Position numbers and translations under genes: made by a program. From Nitrospirota bacterium (lineage in GTDB: Bacteria; Nitrospirota; UBA9217), in assembly GCA_963740085.1 (NCBI GenBank), contig CAVUCU010000004.1:128001-192000 (forward strand): a DNA stretch of 64,000 nt. Reading direction: 5' to 3'. Under the pieces are notes generated by a model. It ran no database searches, was not told the origin of the DNA, and saw only the letters and a program-made list of their open reading frames with translations. This document shows, piece after piece, positions 21,002 to 30,642 of this stretch. Positions within the stretch are counted from its first letter, which is position 1, and each line of letters starts with the position of its first letter.

Positions 21002-21871
21002 ATGCCGCGATTATCATGCATCCCGCTGTTCCGTGTATTACAATGCCCGGCGGAACCGTTCAACGGGAAAGGGGACCACAGGACGCTTTCCAAGAGGTTA
21101 TTCGGAGGGGTTGTGCTTTGTGCCGTTCTGCTCTTGCCGGCATCGGCCTGGTCGGCGCACCCGCTCATTACGGATGATACCGGTACGCAGGGGAAAGGGA
21201 AATTCCAGATCGAGATCAACGGCCAGTATAACAGCGACACGGATACGATCGCGGGCGCATCGGTTAAATCAACGGGCGGACAGGCAGCGACGATTCTGTC
21301 CTACGGGATCGTCGATAGTGGGGATCTTGTTCTTAGCCTTCCCTATTTGTGGAGCAAAGTAAAGGAAGATGGTGTCATCACGTCAGATGAAGAGGGGATC
21401 TCGGACACGACTGTAGAGATCAAGTGGCGGTTCTTCGAGGAAGAAGGGCTCAGTTTCGCCTTGAAGCCCGGGATAAGCTTGCCAACGGGCGATGAAAATA
21501 AAGGGCTTGGCGCAGGCAGGACCGGATATCACGTCTTTCTCATCTGTTCGAAGGAAGCAGCACCCTGGTCGCTCCATGCGAATCTCGGATACAGCCGGAA
21601 TGAGAACAGTGAAGTCGTCGATGAGCTGAAGGACATTTGGCATGCGTCCCTTGCGGCGACCTATGCGGTCTCCAAAAACCTGAAGATAGCCGCTAATATC
21701 GGCATCGAGCGAAGTCCCGATAAGGCATCGGACAATGATCCGGCTTTTCTCATTGGCGGGCTCATCTATTCTTTAGGTGAGCAGTTCGATATTGATGCCG
21801 GGGTGAAGTCCGGAGTGACCTCGTCCGAGACCGATCTGGCTCTTATGGCGGGAACGACATACAGATTTTAA
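21002..21871 (+). CDS. Outer-membrane beta-barrel transporter-family protein, paralog 2
   Basis: LLLPASAWSA-HPLITDDTGTQGKG; PTGD.NKGLG; ends AGTTYRF; start codon uncertain. Confidence 0.75.
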   Translation: MPRLSCIPLFRVLQCPAEPFNGKGDHRTLSKRLFGGVVLCAVLLLPASAWSAHPLITDDTGTQGKGKFQIEINGQYNSDTDTIAGASVKSTGGQAATILSYGIVDSGDLVLSLPYLWSKVKEDGVITSDEEGISDTTVEIKWRFFEEEGLSFALKPGISLPTGDENKGLGAGRTGYHVFLICSKEAAPWSLHANLGYSRNENSEVVDELKDIWHASLAATYAVSKNLKIAANIGIERSPDKASDNDPAFLIGGLIYSLGEQFDIDAGVKSGVTSSETDLALMAGTTYRF

Positions 21872-21915
21872 GTCTGATGCAGGAGTGACATAATTGAGCA
21901 TCTTAAGGGAGAAGC

Positions 21916-22584
21916 ATGCACATACCTGACGGATATTTGGGCCCGGCCACCTACGGGACGATGTATGCCGTAACCATCCCATTCTGGGCCTTTGCGTCCT
22001 GGAAATTGAACAAGACGCTGAAGACCAGGCAAGCCCCGTATCTGGCGCTCGGCGCCGCATTCAGCTTTGTGATCATGATGTTCAACGTCCCCATCGTGGG
22101 AGGCACTACCGGTCATGCTACCGGCGCGACCCTGATCGCAATTCTTCTCGGGCCCTGGGCCGCGATAATATCTGTTTCCGTGGCCCTCATTATTCAGGCA
22201 TTGCTGTTTGGCGACGGAGGAATCACTGCGATCGGGGCTAACTGCTTCAATATGGGGGTTGTCGGCGCATTGACAGGGTACGGCATCTATCGGCTTATCG
22301 CGGCAGGCTCGGATATCAAAAGCAAGAGACGCTGGGTCGCAGGAGCGATCGCCGCGTACATCAGCCTGAACATTTCAGCATTGATCACCGCAGTTCAGCT
22401 GGGCATTCAGCCCATGCTGGAAAAAACGCCGACCGGGCAGCCGCTCTATTCGCCCTTTCCCTTAAGTGTTGCCGTACCCGCCATGGCGCTCGAGCACCTA
22501 TTCCTGTTCGGGATCGTAGAGGCTGTAGTGACGGCGCTGGTGATAAAGTACTTCCAGAAGAGTGATCCCGAAATGCTGGGATAG
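21916..22584 (+). CDS. nikM: Ni/Co ECF transporter S component NikM/CbiM
   Basis: N-terminal MHIPDGYL, GTTGH, QALLFGDGG. Confidence 0.9.
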   Translation: MHIPDGYLGPATYGTMYAVTIPFWAFASWKLNKTLKTRQAPYLALGAAFSFVIMMFNVPIVGGTTGHATGATLIAILLGPWAAIISVSVALIIQALLFGDGGITAIGANCFNMGVVGALTGYGIYRLIAAGSDIKSKRRWVAGAIAAYISLNISALITAVQLGIQPMLEKTPTGQPLYSPFPLSVAVPAMALEHLFLFGIVEAVVTALVIKYFQKSDPEMLG

Positions 22585-22620
22585 AGAGAGTCAGGAGTCA
22601 GGAGAACACACTACAACAGT

Positions 22621-22956
22621 ATGAGTAAAATTAGAAAACTCTGGATAGGCATCGGTATTTTAGTGCTCCTTTCACCATTGGGAGTGATCATCCCGAAGCT
22701 GTTCGGCGCAGAGGGCGCCTGGGGGGAGTGGGGACTGGATGCGATCGAGAAGATGTCCGGGTTTGTACCCTCAGGCATGAAACAACTTGCCGAGATATGG
22801 AAGGCGCCGCTCCGGGACTACGGCCTGCCCGGCCAGAGCAAGGGCCTGGCCGGTGAAAGCCTGGGGTACGTGATCACGGCGATCATCGGAGTTGCGTTCA
22901 CGGCGGGAATGATGTATCTTCTTGCCAGGGTATTAGGAAGAAAAAAAGATAGCTGA
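22621..22956 (+). CDS. nikN: NikN-like auxiliary membrane subunit (PDGLE-type)
   Basis: LSPLG, AWGEWG, APL.DY; two TM segments; position after nikM. Confidence 0.75.
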   Translation: MSKIRKLWIGIGILVLLSPLGVIIPKLFGAEGAWGEWGLDAIEKMSGFVPSGMKQLAEIWKAPLRDYGLPGQSKGLAGESLGYVITAIIGVAFTAGMMYLLARVLGRKKDS

Positions 22957-23085
22957 TAGGTGAAAGACAGTTTCCCTCATTTGAGAAACATCCACAACAC
23001 CTCCTGTCCGGAAAGGCAGGAAGTTTTTTCAGCACAGTACTGATTATTGATCGGCACGGTCTTCGAAATCTAACGGGGTTTCCCG

Positions 23086-23970
23086 GTGGCTGTCTTGTCA
23101 CGGACTAAATTTTTAGATAAAACGCTCTTGGCGGTTGCGCATGTTGCGGAGCAAGCCCTGTTCTCGGAGGCGTACGCACGGAAGGAGGGATTGCTCCAGT
23201 CACTCGACATTAGAATCAAGCTCGTGACATTCCTGCTCATTATCATCCTCATCAGTTTTATCCATTCACCGCCGTTGTTATGGCTGCTGTACGGTATCAG
23301 TCTCATACTCGCCCTTTTTTCGCGTGTCCCTCTGTGGTTCTTTATCAGGCGGGTCTGGCTGTTCGTGCCGCTCTTTTCCGCGGCCATTGTCCTGCCGGCG
23401 ATCTTGAATATCATCACCCCCGGAGAAACCCTCATAACGATCATGGATCTCGGACATTCTCGTTCCTGGGGTCCGTATGTGATCCCCGCTGAGATAGCGA
23501 TCACCCGTCAGGGGCTCTGGGGCGGGATCGTATTCGTCTCGCGCGTCGCTGCCTCGGTCTCTTTTGCCGTTCTGTTCACGCTGACGCATCGATGGTCTGA
23601 GATTTTCGCGGGGCTCAGATCGATCTTCGTACCGCGCATATTTGTCATGACGCTCAGTATGACCGAACGATACATTTTTGTTTTTCTGCGTTTGATCCAG
23701 GATATGTACCGGGCGAGGAAGAGCCGGACCATCAGGCCGCTTTCCGCAGCGGCTGAACGGAACTGGACCGCCTCACGAATCGGCGTCACGTTCAAGAAAT
23801 CAGTGGAAATGAGCGGAGATATCTATAATGCGATGCTTTCACGCGGCTTTCACGGAGACTATCGGTCCATAAACAGATTGAGCACGAGGGCTATCGATTA
23901 CGTCTGGCTGATGACAGTTCTCTGTTTTGCTGGTATACTTATCCTGTTCGAAAGGGGTATGCCCCGGTAA
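23086..23970 (+). CDS. nikQ: ECF transporter T component NikQ/CbiQ
   Basis: LQSLDIRIK, RYIFV, ARKSR, AMLSRGF. Confidence 0.88.
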   Translation: MAVLSRTKFLDKTLLAVAHVAEQALFSEAYARKEGLLQSLDIRIKLVTFLLIIILISFIHSPPLLWLLYGISLILALFSRVPLWFFIRRVWLFVPLFSAAIVLPAILNIITPGETLITIMDLGHSRSWGPYVIPAEIAITRQGLWGGIVFVSRVAASVSFAVLFTLTHRWSEIFAGLRSIFVPRIFVMTLSMTERYIFVFLRLIQDMYRARKSRTIRPLSAAAERNWTASRIGVTFKKSVEMSGDIYNAMLSRGFHGDYRSINRLSTRAIDYVWLMTVLCFAGILILFERGMPR

Positions 23971-25073
23971 TGAGCGTTTTCAGTTTGCGCAATGTAGTCT
24001 ATTCCTACGCGAACGGTGAAACAGTACTGAACGATCTGACGCTGGATTTTCAGCCGGGCGAGCGGACCGTGATCCTCGGCGCGAACGGCACGGGGAAGTC
24101 CACGCTGCTGTCCCTGCTCGATGGTCTGGTGTTCCCGAAATCAGGCAGCATCCGCGCCTTCAGCAAGTCATTGTCCGAAGCAGCGCTTGAAGACAGGTTG
24201 TTTTCCATGGACTTCAGGAAGCGGGTGGCTTTCGTGTTCCAGAACCCGGATGTGCAGCTTTTCTCGTCCACCGTCTGGGACGATATCGCCTTCGGTCCTC
24301 TGCAACTGGGATATTCGGTGTCAGATATAGAAGTAACGGTGGAAGGGCTGCTTGAAATGCTGCGCATAGCCGACCTGCGTGACCGCGCCCCCCATACGCT
24401 TTCGGATGGACAGAAGAAGAAGGTCGCCATCGCATCAAGCCTCGCCACTGATCCTGATGTGCTTCTGCTCGATGAGCCGACGAACGGCCTTGACCCGAGG
24501 ACGCAGGTCTGGCTTATCGAGCTTATAAATGAATTGCACCATCGCGGAAAAACCATCATCTCGGCCACGCACGACCTGTCGATCGCAGGTGACATCTCGG
24601 ACCGGGCGGTCGTTTTTTCCGAGGACCATGCCGTCGCGGCGGATGGCGCATTCCAGGATATCATTGCCGACGATGAACTGCTGCTCAGGGTGAACCTGAT
24701 CCACGAGCATGCGCACCACCACGGCGACAAGGCCCATGTGCATCGACACGGGCATTATGGCCACACTCATCTCAACGGAGGATCGAGAGACGACATGCAC
24801 AAAGGACATTCACACAGCCACGGTCATGATCACGAAGAAGATCTCGACCAGAGGGAAACTCTGCGTAAGCTTCAGATGATGATCGAACATTGGATCGATC
24901 ATGGCGAAAGCCATGCCGAGAATTACCGGGAATGGGCGTCAAAGGCGAGCCAGGCAGGGGAAGAGGAGGTATCCCGGGAGATACACCTTGCCATCGATGA
25001 CAGCGAAGAGGTGAACAAGCACCTGAAGCGGGCGAAGGCGATACTGGCGGCGAAGCTGGTGCTGAGGAAGTAA
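23970..25073 (+). CDS. nikO: ECF ATPase NikO/CbiO with His-rich linker and extra C-terminal helical domain
   Basis: GANGTGKS, FQNPD.QLF, LSDGQKKK, LLLDEP; HEHAHHHGDKAHVHRHGHYGH...; EHWIDHGESHA. Confidence 0.9.
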   Translation: MSVFSLRNVVYSYANGETVLNDLTLDFQPGERTVILGANGTGKSTLLSLLDGLVFPKSGSIRAFSKSLSEAALEDRLFSMDFRKRVAFVFQNPDVQLFSSTVWDDIAFGPLQLGYSVSDIEVTVEGLLEMLRIADLRDRAPHTLSDGQKKKVAIASSLATDPDVLLLDEPTNGLDPRTQVWLIELINELHHRGKTIISATHDLSIAGDISDRAVVFSEDHAVAADGAFQDIIADDELLLRVNLIHEHAHHHGDKAHVHRHGHYGHTHLNGGSRDDMHKGHSHSHGHDHEEDLDQRETLRKLQMMIEHWIDHGESHAENYREWASKASQAGEEEVSREIHLAIDDSEEVNKHLKRAKAILAAKLVLRK

Positions 25074-25080
25074 AGCAAAG

Positions 25081-25180
25081 AGGGACGAGAGACAATGGGG
25101 AGATGGACGAAAGACGAGGGACGAAAAGTCGTTGCGTCCATCGTCCAAGCGAACGCAGCGAGCGGTCATCTGTCATCCAC
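25081..25180. repeat. Mirrored GGACGAG/TCGTCC heptamer element; related copy at 50405-50495
   Basis: agggacg agagaca ... atggacg aaagacg agggacg ... cgtccat cgtccaa gcgaacgcagcgagcggtc. Confidence 0.65.
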
Positions 25181-25216
25181 CGGTTCTGCTCCGGCCGGCC
25201 GTCCGTGGGAGGAAAC

Positions 25217-25807
25217 ATGAACGAACTGAACAATAGCGATCTTCGTGACACCGTCCAATTCCATGGACATCTCTGCCCGGGACTTGCGCTCGGGTACCGC
25301 GTAGCGAAGGCGGCACTCCGTGAGCTTGGGGCCGACCGGCCTCGGGACGAGGAACTGGTCGCGATCGTGGAGAACGACTCCTGCGCCGTCGACGCGGTCC
25401 AGTTCATCACCGGCTGCACCTTCGGGAAGGGGAACCTCATCTTCCGCGACTATGGCAAGCACGTCTACACGTTCACTAATCGCCGCACCGGTCGGGGCGT
25501 TCGCATATCCGAGGATTATCGCGGGTTCGAGAATGATCAGCGCTATCCCGGGCTCAAGAAACGGCAGGAGGCCGGTGAGGACGTGGCCCGCGAGAAGCAG
25601 ATGTTCATGATGGAAAAGGCTTCAGCGATCTTGAAGGCGGATGAGAAGGAGCTATTTACCCTTACACCGGTATCTTCGCCCCCACCGGCAGAAGCAACAA
25701 TACGCAATTCGCTGCGATGCGCGATGTGCGGTGAGAAGTTCATGGAATCCCGCCGGCGCGAGAAGAACGGAAAGGTCGTGTGTATTCCGTGTTTTGAGAA
25801 AACATAA
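25217..25807 (+). CDS. FmdE-family protein with C-terminal zinc finger
   Basis: FHGHLCPGLALG, ENDSCAVDAVQ..TGCTFGKGNL, CAMCGE...CIPC; GGAGG RBS. Confidence 0.9.
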   Translation: MNELNNSDLRDTVQFHGHLCPGLALGYRVAKAALRELGADRPRDEELVAIVENDSCAVDAVQFITGCTFGKGNLIFRDYGKHVYTFTNRRTGRGVRISEDYRGFENDQRYPGLKKRQEAGEDVAREKQMFMMEKASAILKADEKELFTLTPVSSPPPAEATIRNSLRCAMCGEKFMESRRREKNGKVVCIPCFEKT

Positions 25808-26043
25808 GCTGTCCCTCTGTTTGGCAGATTTTATTATCCACGATTTGTGAGGGAAAAAATCGCTATCAACCGTCGGCTCCGATCAAAAACCCTGTCATTT
25901 ACACTCCCAACGAGATACGGAGTTCTCAATAACATCCTCTTTTTTCTACAATATTCTTGACAATAAACAACGCTGAAGTTATTATAACGATGCTCTGCTA
26001 TCGGTTATTCAATCGACTCATTGCCATGAGGAAGGAGGATAGT

Positions 26044-26790
26044 ATGAAGAAAGTTTTTGTTTTTCCAGCATTTATTTTATTACTCCTGACCGGATGTGTC
26101 TCGCAATCTACATACGATCTCAAGGCCAAGGAGTTCCAAACGCTCGCATCGAAGAACGACGACCTTGAGGCCCAGGTTAAGACCCTGACCGGCGACGTCG
26201 AAGTACTCAAAAAGGACAGAGAATCTCTCATAAAGGAAAAGGATGCGGTCCTGAAGGAGAGGGACGAACTTCTGGCAAAAAACAACGAGCTGTCGCGGAA
26301 GGCCGAGAAGGCGGAGCAGCTTGAAAAGGCCACGCAGACCTACCAGGACCTCCAGAAGAAGCTCGAGAAAGAGATACGGGAGGGCCAGGTGCAGCTCAAG
26401 GAGATGAAGGACCGTCTGACCATGACCATGGTGGACAAGATCCTCTTCCCCTCGGGCAGTTCAAAAATCAGCAAGGAAGGCAAAGCCGTGCTGGACAAGG
26501 TGGTCAGTATCCTGAAAGACGTGAAAGACAAGCGCATTCAGGTCGAAGGGCATACGGACAATGTGAAGATCGCGAGCGATCTCAAGAAACACTTCGCCAC
26601 CAACTGGGAGCTCTCGACTGCCCGGGCCACCGAGGTGGTGCGATATCTCCAGGAGGTCGGCGGGATCAACCCCGGTCTCCTGTCTGCGACGGGCTATGGT
26701 GAATACCAGCCTGTCGCTCCGAACGATACCGATGAGGGAAGGCACAAGAATCGCCGTATTGAGATCGTCCTGCTGCCGCCGCTGAAATAG
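26044..26790 (+). CDS. OmpA/MotB-like peptidoglycan-binding lipoprotein with coiled coil
   Basis: Lipobox LTGC, coiled coil, VEGHTD, NWELSTARA, NRRIEI. Confidence 0.9.
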   Translation: MKKVFVFPAFILLLLTGCVSQSTYDLKAKEFQTLASKNDDLEAQVKTLTGDVEVLKKDRESLIKEKDAVLKERDELLAKNNELSRKAEKAEQLEKATQTYQDLQKKLEKEIREGQVQLKEMKDRLTMTMVDKILFPSGSSKISKEGKAVLDKVVSILKDVKDKRIQVEGHTDNVKIASDLKKHFATNWELSTARATEVVRYLQEVGGINPGLLSATGYGEYQPVAPNDTDEGRHKNRRIEIVLLPPLK

Positions 26791-26880
26791 GGACACTGCG
26801 GTTTTAATAGGGTTGGTTCCTGACTTTGTCCGTTTCACCCGTGAGCGCGAAGCGCCGGTGGCTGCACAAGAAGGGAAACA

Positions 26881-27519
26881 ATGTTCACCGGGATCATAGA
26901 AGAGATGGGGAGTGTGAAGGCGCTTCGGCGTGATGCGGGGTCGGCCCGTTTAACAATATCCGCATCCATGGTCCTCGGCAATACCGCGCCCGGCGACAGC
27001 ATCTGCGTGAACGGGGTCTGCCTCACCGTCGTCGATATGACGAAAAGCGATTTTTCAGCCGATGTTGCAGTTGAAACGCTGAAGGTCACGAACCTCGGGG
27101 ACCTGAGGACCGGTTCAAAGGTCAACCTTGAGCGGGCACTTCTGTTGTCAGCGCGGATCGGCGGCCATCTGGTGAGCGGTCACGTTGACGGGGTGGGACG
27201 GATCCGTGAGCGGCGTGAAGAAGGCAATGGCTGGAGGATCTTCATGGACGCACCGGAGACCGTCCTTCGATATGTAATAAAAAAAGGCTCCATTGCGATA
27301 GACGGAATCAGTCTTACGGTTGCCGATGTCGATAAAACCGGTTTTTCCGTTGCCATGATACCCCATACCGCGAAGCTTACGACGCTGGGGTTCAAGTCCG
27401 CGGGCGATAGTGTAAATCTGGAGTCGGACATGATCGGGAAATACGTTGAACGGCTTCTGCAGGGCAGGGTCGAGGGCGGTGTGAGCCTGGAGCTCTTGAG
27501 GAAGAACGGATTTGCGTAA
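26881..27519 (+). CDS. ribE: Riboflavin synthase (alpha chain)
   Basis: MFTGII, GDSICVNGVCLT, VNLERA, GGHLVSGHVD. Confidence 0.97.
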   Translation: MFTGIIEEMGSVKALRRDAGSARLTISASMVLGNTAPGDSICVNGVCLTVVDMTKSDFSADVAVETLKVTNLGDLRTGSKVNLERALLLSARIGGHLVSGHVDGVGRIRERREEGNGWRIFMDAPETVLRYVIKKGSIAIDGISLTVADVDKTGFSVAMIPHTAKLTTLGFKSAGDSVNLESDMIGKYVERLLQGRVEGGVSLELLRKNGFA

Positions 27520-27612
27520 AAGACAGGGTTCCAGGGGGTCAGGGTTCAGAAAGATGAAGTGTTCATTTACCCCTGTTACTGGCTCCTGCCCGCTTTACTC
27601 TGAGGTGATTTT

Positions 27613-28818
27613 ATGAAGTTTAACACAATAGAAGAGGCTGTTGAAGATATCAAGAACGGCAAGATGGTCATCCTTGTTGATGATGAGGACCGGGAGAACG
27701 AAGGAGACCTTACCATGGCTGCGGAGGCCATAACGCCGGAGGCCATAAATTTCATGGCCATGCACGGTCGCGGGCTCATCTGCCTGTCGCTCACGTCAGA
27801 GCGCGTGGAACAACTGCAACTCCCGATGATGACCACGGACAACACATCGTCGTTCGGAACGGCGTTCACTATTTCCATCGAGGCGAAAAAGGGCGTGACC
27901 ACGGGCATTTCCGCGGCTGACCGGGCCGTGACGATCAAAACGGCCATAGACCCCAAGTCCAAGCCAGCGGACCTGGCCCGGCCCGGGCATGTGTTCCCGC
28001 TCCGCGCACGAGTGGGCGGCGTGCTTCAGCGCGCCGGCCAGACCGAAGGGTCCGTGGACCTTGCCCGGCTTGCAGGATTGTATCCGGCAGGCGTGATCTG
28101 CGAGATCATGAACGATGACGGCACAATGTCCCGTGTCCCGCAGCTCATGGAATTCGCCAAAAAGTTCCACCTAAAGATCATCACGGTGAAGGACCTGATC
28201 GCCTATCGGATCAGAAAAGAGTCGCTTGTGCGCAGGGTAGCGGTCACGAAAATGCCGACCAGCCACGGGAGCGACTTTACCGCCATCCTCTATGCGAATG
28301 ACATCGATCGGATGAACCACATCGCTCTGGTAAAGGGAGAGATCAAGCCCGAGGATGAGGTCCTCGTGCGGGTACACTCCGAGTGCCTCACCGGCGACGT
28401 ATTCGGTTCGCTCAGGTGCGACTGCGGCGACCAACTCCACAACGCAATGAAGATAATCGACGATGAGGGCAAGGGCGTGATCCTCTACATGCGCCAGGAA
28501 GGTCGCGGCATAGGCATTGAAGGCAAGCTCAAGGCATACGAACTTCAGGACAAGGGCAAGGACACGGTTGAGGCGAACCTTGCGCTCGGATTCAAGGCCG
28601 ATCTCAGGGACTACGGCGTCGGTGCACAGATCCTGCGCGACCTTGGTGTCCGCAAGATCCGGCTGCTTACGAATAATCCCAAAAAGATCGTGGGTCTCGA
28701 AGGCTATGGCTTGACCGTCGTATCGCGCATACCGATCGAAACGCATCCCCATGCCAAGAACATCCATTACCTTAAGGTGAAGAAGAACAAGATGGGTCAT
28801 ATACTAGAGAAAGTCTAA
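27613..28818 (+). CDS. ribBA: Bifunctional DHBP synthase/GTP cyclohydrolase II
   Basis: [40 protein letters not shown]. Confidence 0.98.
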   Translation: MKFNTIEEAVEDIKNGKMVILVDDEDRENEGDLTMAAEAITPEAINFMAMHGRGLICLSLTSERVEQLQLPMMTTDNTSSFGTAFTISIEAKKGVTTGISAADRAVTIKTAIDPKSKPADLARPGHVFPLRARVGGVLQRAGQTEGSVDLARLAGLYPAGVICEIMNDDGTMSRVPQLMEFAKKFHLKIITVKDLIAYRIRKESLVRRVAVTKMPTSHGSDFTAILYANDIDRMNHIALVKGEIKPEDEVLVRVHSECLTGDVFGSLRCDCGDQLHNAMKIIDDEGKGVILYMRQEGRGIGIEGKLKAYELQDKGKDTVEANLALGFKADLRDYGVGAQILRDLGVRKIRLLTNNPKKIVGLEGYGLTVVSRIPIETHPHAKNIHYLKVKKNKMGHILEKV

Positions 28819-28846
28819 AAGTACAGAGTACAAAGTACAAAGTGCA
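28819..28846. repeat. Heptamer tandem AAGTACA-like x4
   Basis: aagtaca gagtaca aagtaca aagtgca between ribBA and ribH. Confidence 0.75.
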
Positions 28847-28862
28847 TGGCATGGAGGGTTTG

Positions 28863-29330
28863 ATGGCGAAGATAATCCAGGGAGAGTTGGGCGGCAAGGG
28901 CCTGAAGGTGGGCATTGTCGCGGCCCGGTTCAACGATTTTATCACGAGCAGGCTGGTGGATGGCGCTCTCGATGGATTGCAGCGGCACGGAGTGGCCGAG
29001 GCCGACATTGAGATCGTGAGGGTCCCCGGGGCATATGAGATCCCGCTTGTTGCGAAGAGGCTTGCGCGAACAAAGAAATACAACGTCATCATCTGTCTCG
29101 GCGCGGTGATTCGCGGCGCCACACCGCATTTCGAGTATGTAAGCGCCGAGGTGAGCAAGGGTGTGGCTTCGGTTTCGATGGAATCGGACCTGCCTATCAT
29201 CTTCGGCGTCCTGACCACCGATACCATTGAACAGGCGATCGAGCGCGCCGGCTCCAAGAGCGGCAACAAGGGCTGGGACGCGGCCCTCTCCGCTATAGAG
29301 ATGGCGAATGTCATGAAACAGTTGGCCTAA
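28863..29330 (+). CDS. ribH: 6,7-dimethyl-8-ribityllumazine synthase
   Basis: [26 protein letters not shown]. Confidence 0.98.
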   Translation: MAKIIQGELGGKGLKVGIVAARFNDFITSRLVDGALDGLQRHGVAEADIEIVRVPGAYEIPLVAKRLARTKKYNVIICLGAVIRGATPHFEYVSAEVSKGVASVSMESDLPIIFGVLTTDTIEQAIERAGSKSGNKGWDAALSAIEMANVMKQLA

Positions 29331-29371
29331 CAGGGGATGCATGCACGGGAACGGCGGTCAGGCGACAGGGT

Positions 29372-29806
29372 ATGAAGAGACGCAAGGCAAGGGAGTACGC
29401 GCTCCAGGTATTGTTCCAGCTCGATATCAGAAAAGAGAAGCCTTCAGCTGTCGTCTTGAGGCATTTTTGGACAGAGTACCAGCCGGACGACGAGGTCAAG
29501 GTCTTTGCCGAAGAGATCATCAAGGGGACCTATAAACATCTTGCTGAAATCAACAAGCTGATCCACGCGTGTGCAAAGAACTGGAGCCTCGACCGCATGG
29601 CCGTGGTTGACCGCAATGTGCTCAGAATGGCGGTGTATGAAATTCTCCACCGGATGGATATTCCTACCAGTGTAACCATCAACGAGGCCATCGAAATCGC
29701 CAAAAAATACGGCACCGAAGAATCAGGGTCGTTTGTGAACGGCATTCTGGACAGCGTTGCCAGGACGACCGGCAACCTCGATGAGGGAAAGACGGGGTCG
29801 AAGTAA
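29372..29806 (+). CDS. nusB: Transcription antitermination factor
   Basis: RRKARE.ALQ, DRNVLR, INEAIEIAK, FVNGILD. Confidence 0.97.
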   Translation: MKRRKAREYALQVLFQLDIRKEKPSAVVLRHFWTEYQPDDEVKVFAEEIIKGTYKHLAEINKLIHACAKNWSLDRMAVVDRNVLRMAVYEILHRMDIPTSVTINEAIEIAKKYGTEESGSFVNGILDSVARTTGNLDEGKTGSK

Positions 29807-29943
29807 GTTCGGTTTTACCTCATGGCGCGAAGACAAAAGAGGTCCTTACTGTTCAGCGTCCCATACCCCGCGATTTTGCATCTGCGCGTGATTTTTTATT
29901 TTTTACGAGACCATCAAAGAGCGAGCCGCAGGAAGAAGAGGCG

Positions 29944-30456
29944 ATGTCCAGCGTGACGGTGAAGGTAATCCTCCAGGACATTAAAAAACTGGCGACAGAA
30001 GCCCTGATCGTCGGTATCTATGAGGATGTCCGGCCGCTGAAAGGCATTGCCGGAGAGCTCGACTGGCTGCTCTGCGGCGTTCTCTCCTCTCTCGTGCTCA
30101 CAAAGAAGCTCCGCGGATCGCTCGGTGAAGTGGCCCTCGTCACCTCACAGGGCAAGGTGCCCGCGCAAAAGATCTTCCTGGTGGGATTGGGACCTCGGGC
30201 AGGGTTGACTCCGGCAACGCTGAAAAGCGCTGCCAGGAACGCGGCGGCGAGCGCGGTAGGAGCGGGTGTCAGGAGCGCGGCAATTGAATATTTTCCGTCC
30301 TCCGATATGCCTCAGGATGGCGGGGTTACCGCTCTGCATCAGGGTTTGAACGAGGGCGCCGGCGGACGCGGCTTCGATGTCCTCTTGATCGCGTCGGATG
30401 CCGGTGCCTACGAATCGATTTCCCGATCGCTTGCTGAACCCAGAATGAGCATTTAG
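29944..30456 (+). CDS. Stand-alone leucyl-aminopeptidase (M17) N-terminal-domain protein
   Basis: EDVRPLKG.AG.LDW.LCG.LS, KIFLVGLG; no catalytic domain. Confidence 0.7.
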   Translation: MSSVTVKVILQDIKKLATEALIVGIYEDVRPLKGIAGELDWLLCGVLSSLVLTKKLRGSLGEVALVTSQGKVPAQKIFLVGLGPRAGLTPATLKSAARNAAASAVGAGVRSAAIEYFPSSDMPQDGGVTALHQGLNEGAGGRGFDVLLIASDAGAYESISRSLAEPRMSI

Positions 30457-30642
30457 ACACGGAAAAACCGGATATTACCATCTGATAAAAGCGGGTGAAA
30501 ATAGGGTCAGCTATTCGTGAGAGCCCATCACCCAACGGGTGAACTGATTTCGTTCGGAACATCCGATTTTATCCGATGTTGATCCGCATCTATCCATGGC
30601 AAATGCCGTTTCCAAAATGAATAACGTGACCAGGAGTATCCG

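Noticed and set aside
20708-21915. Cobalamin or NiCo riboswitch before nikM/cbiM
   Set aside because: No B12-box or NiCo consensus recognised; a NikR operator explains regulation
26791-26880. FMN riboswitch before the riboflavin genes
   Set aside because: Spacer only ~90 nt and lacks RFN consensus elements
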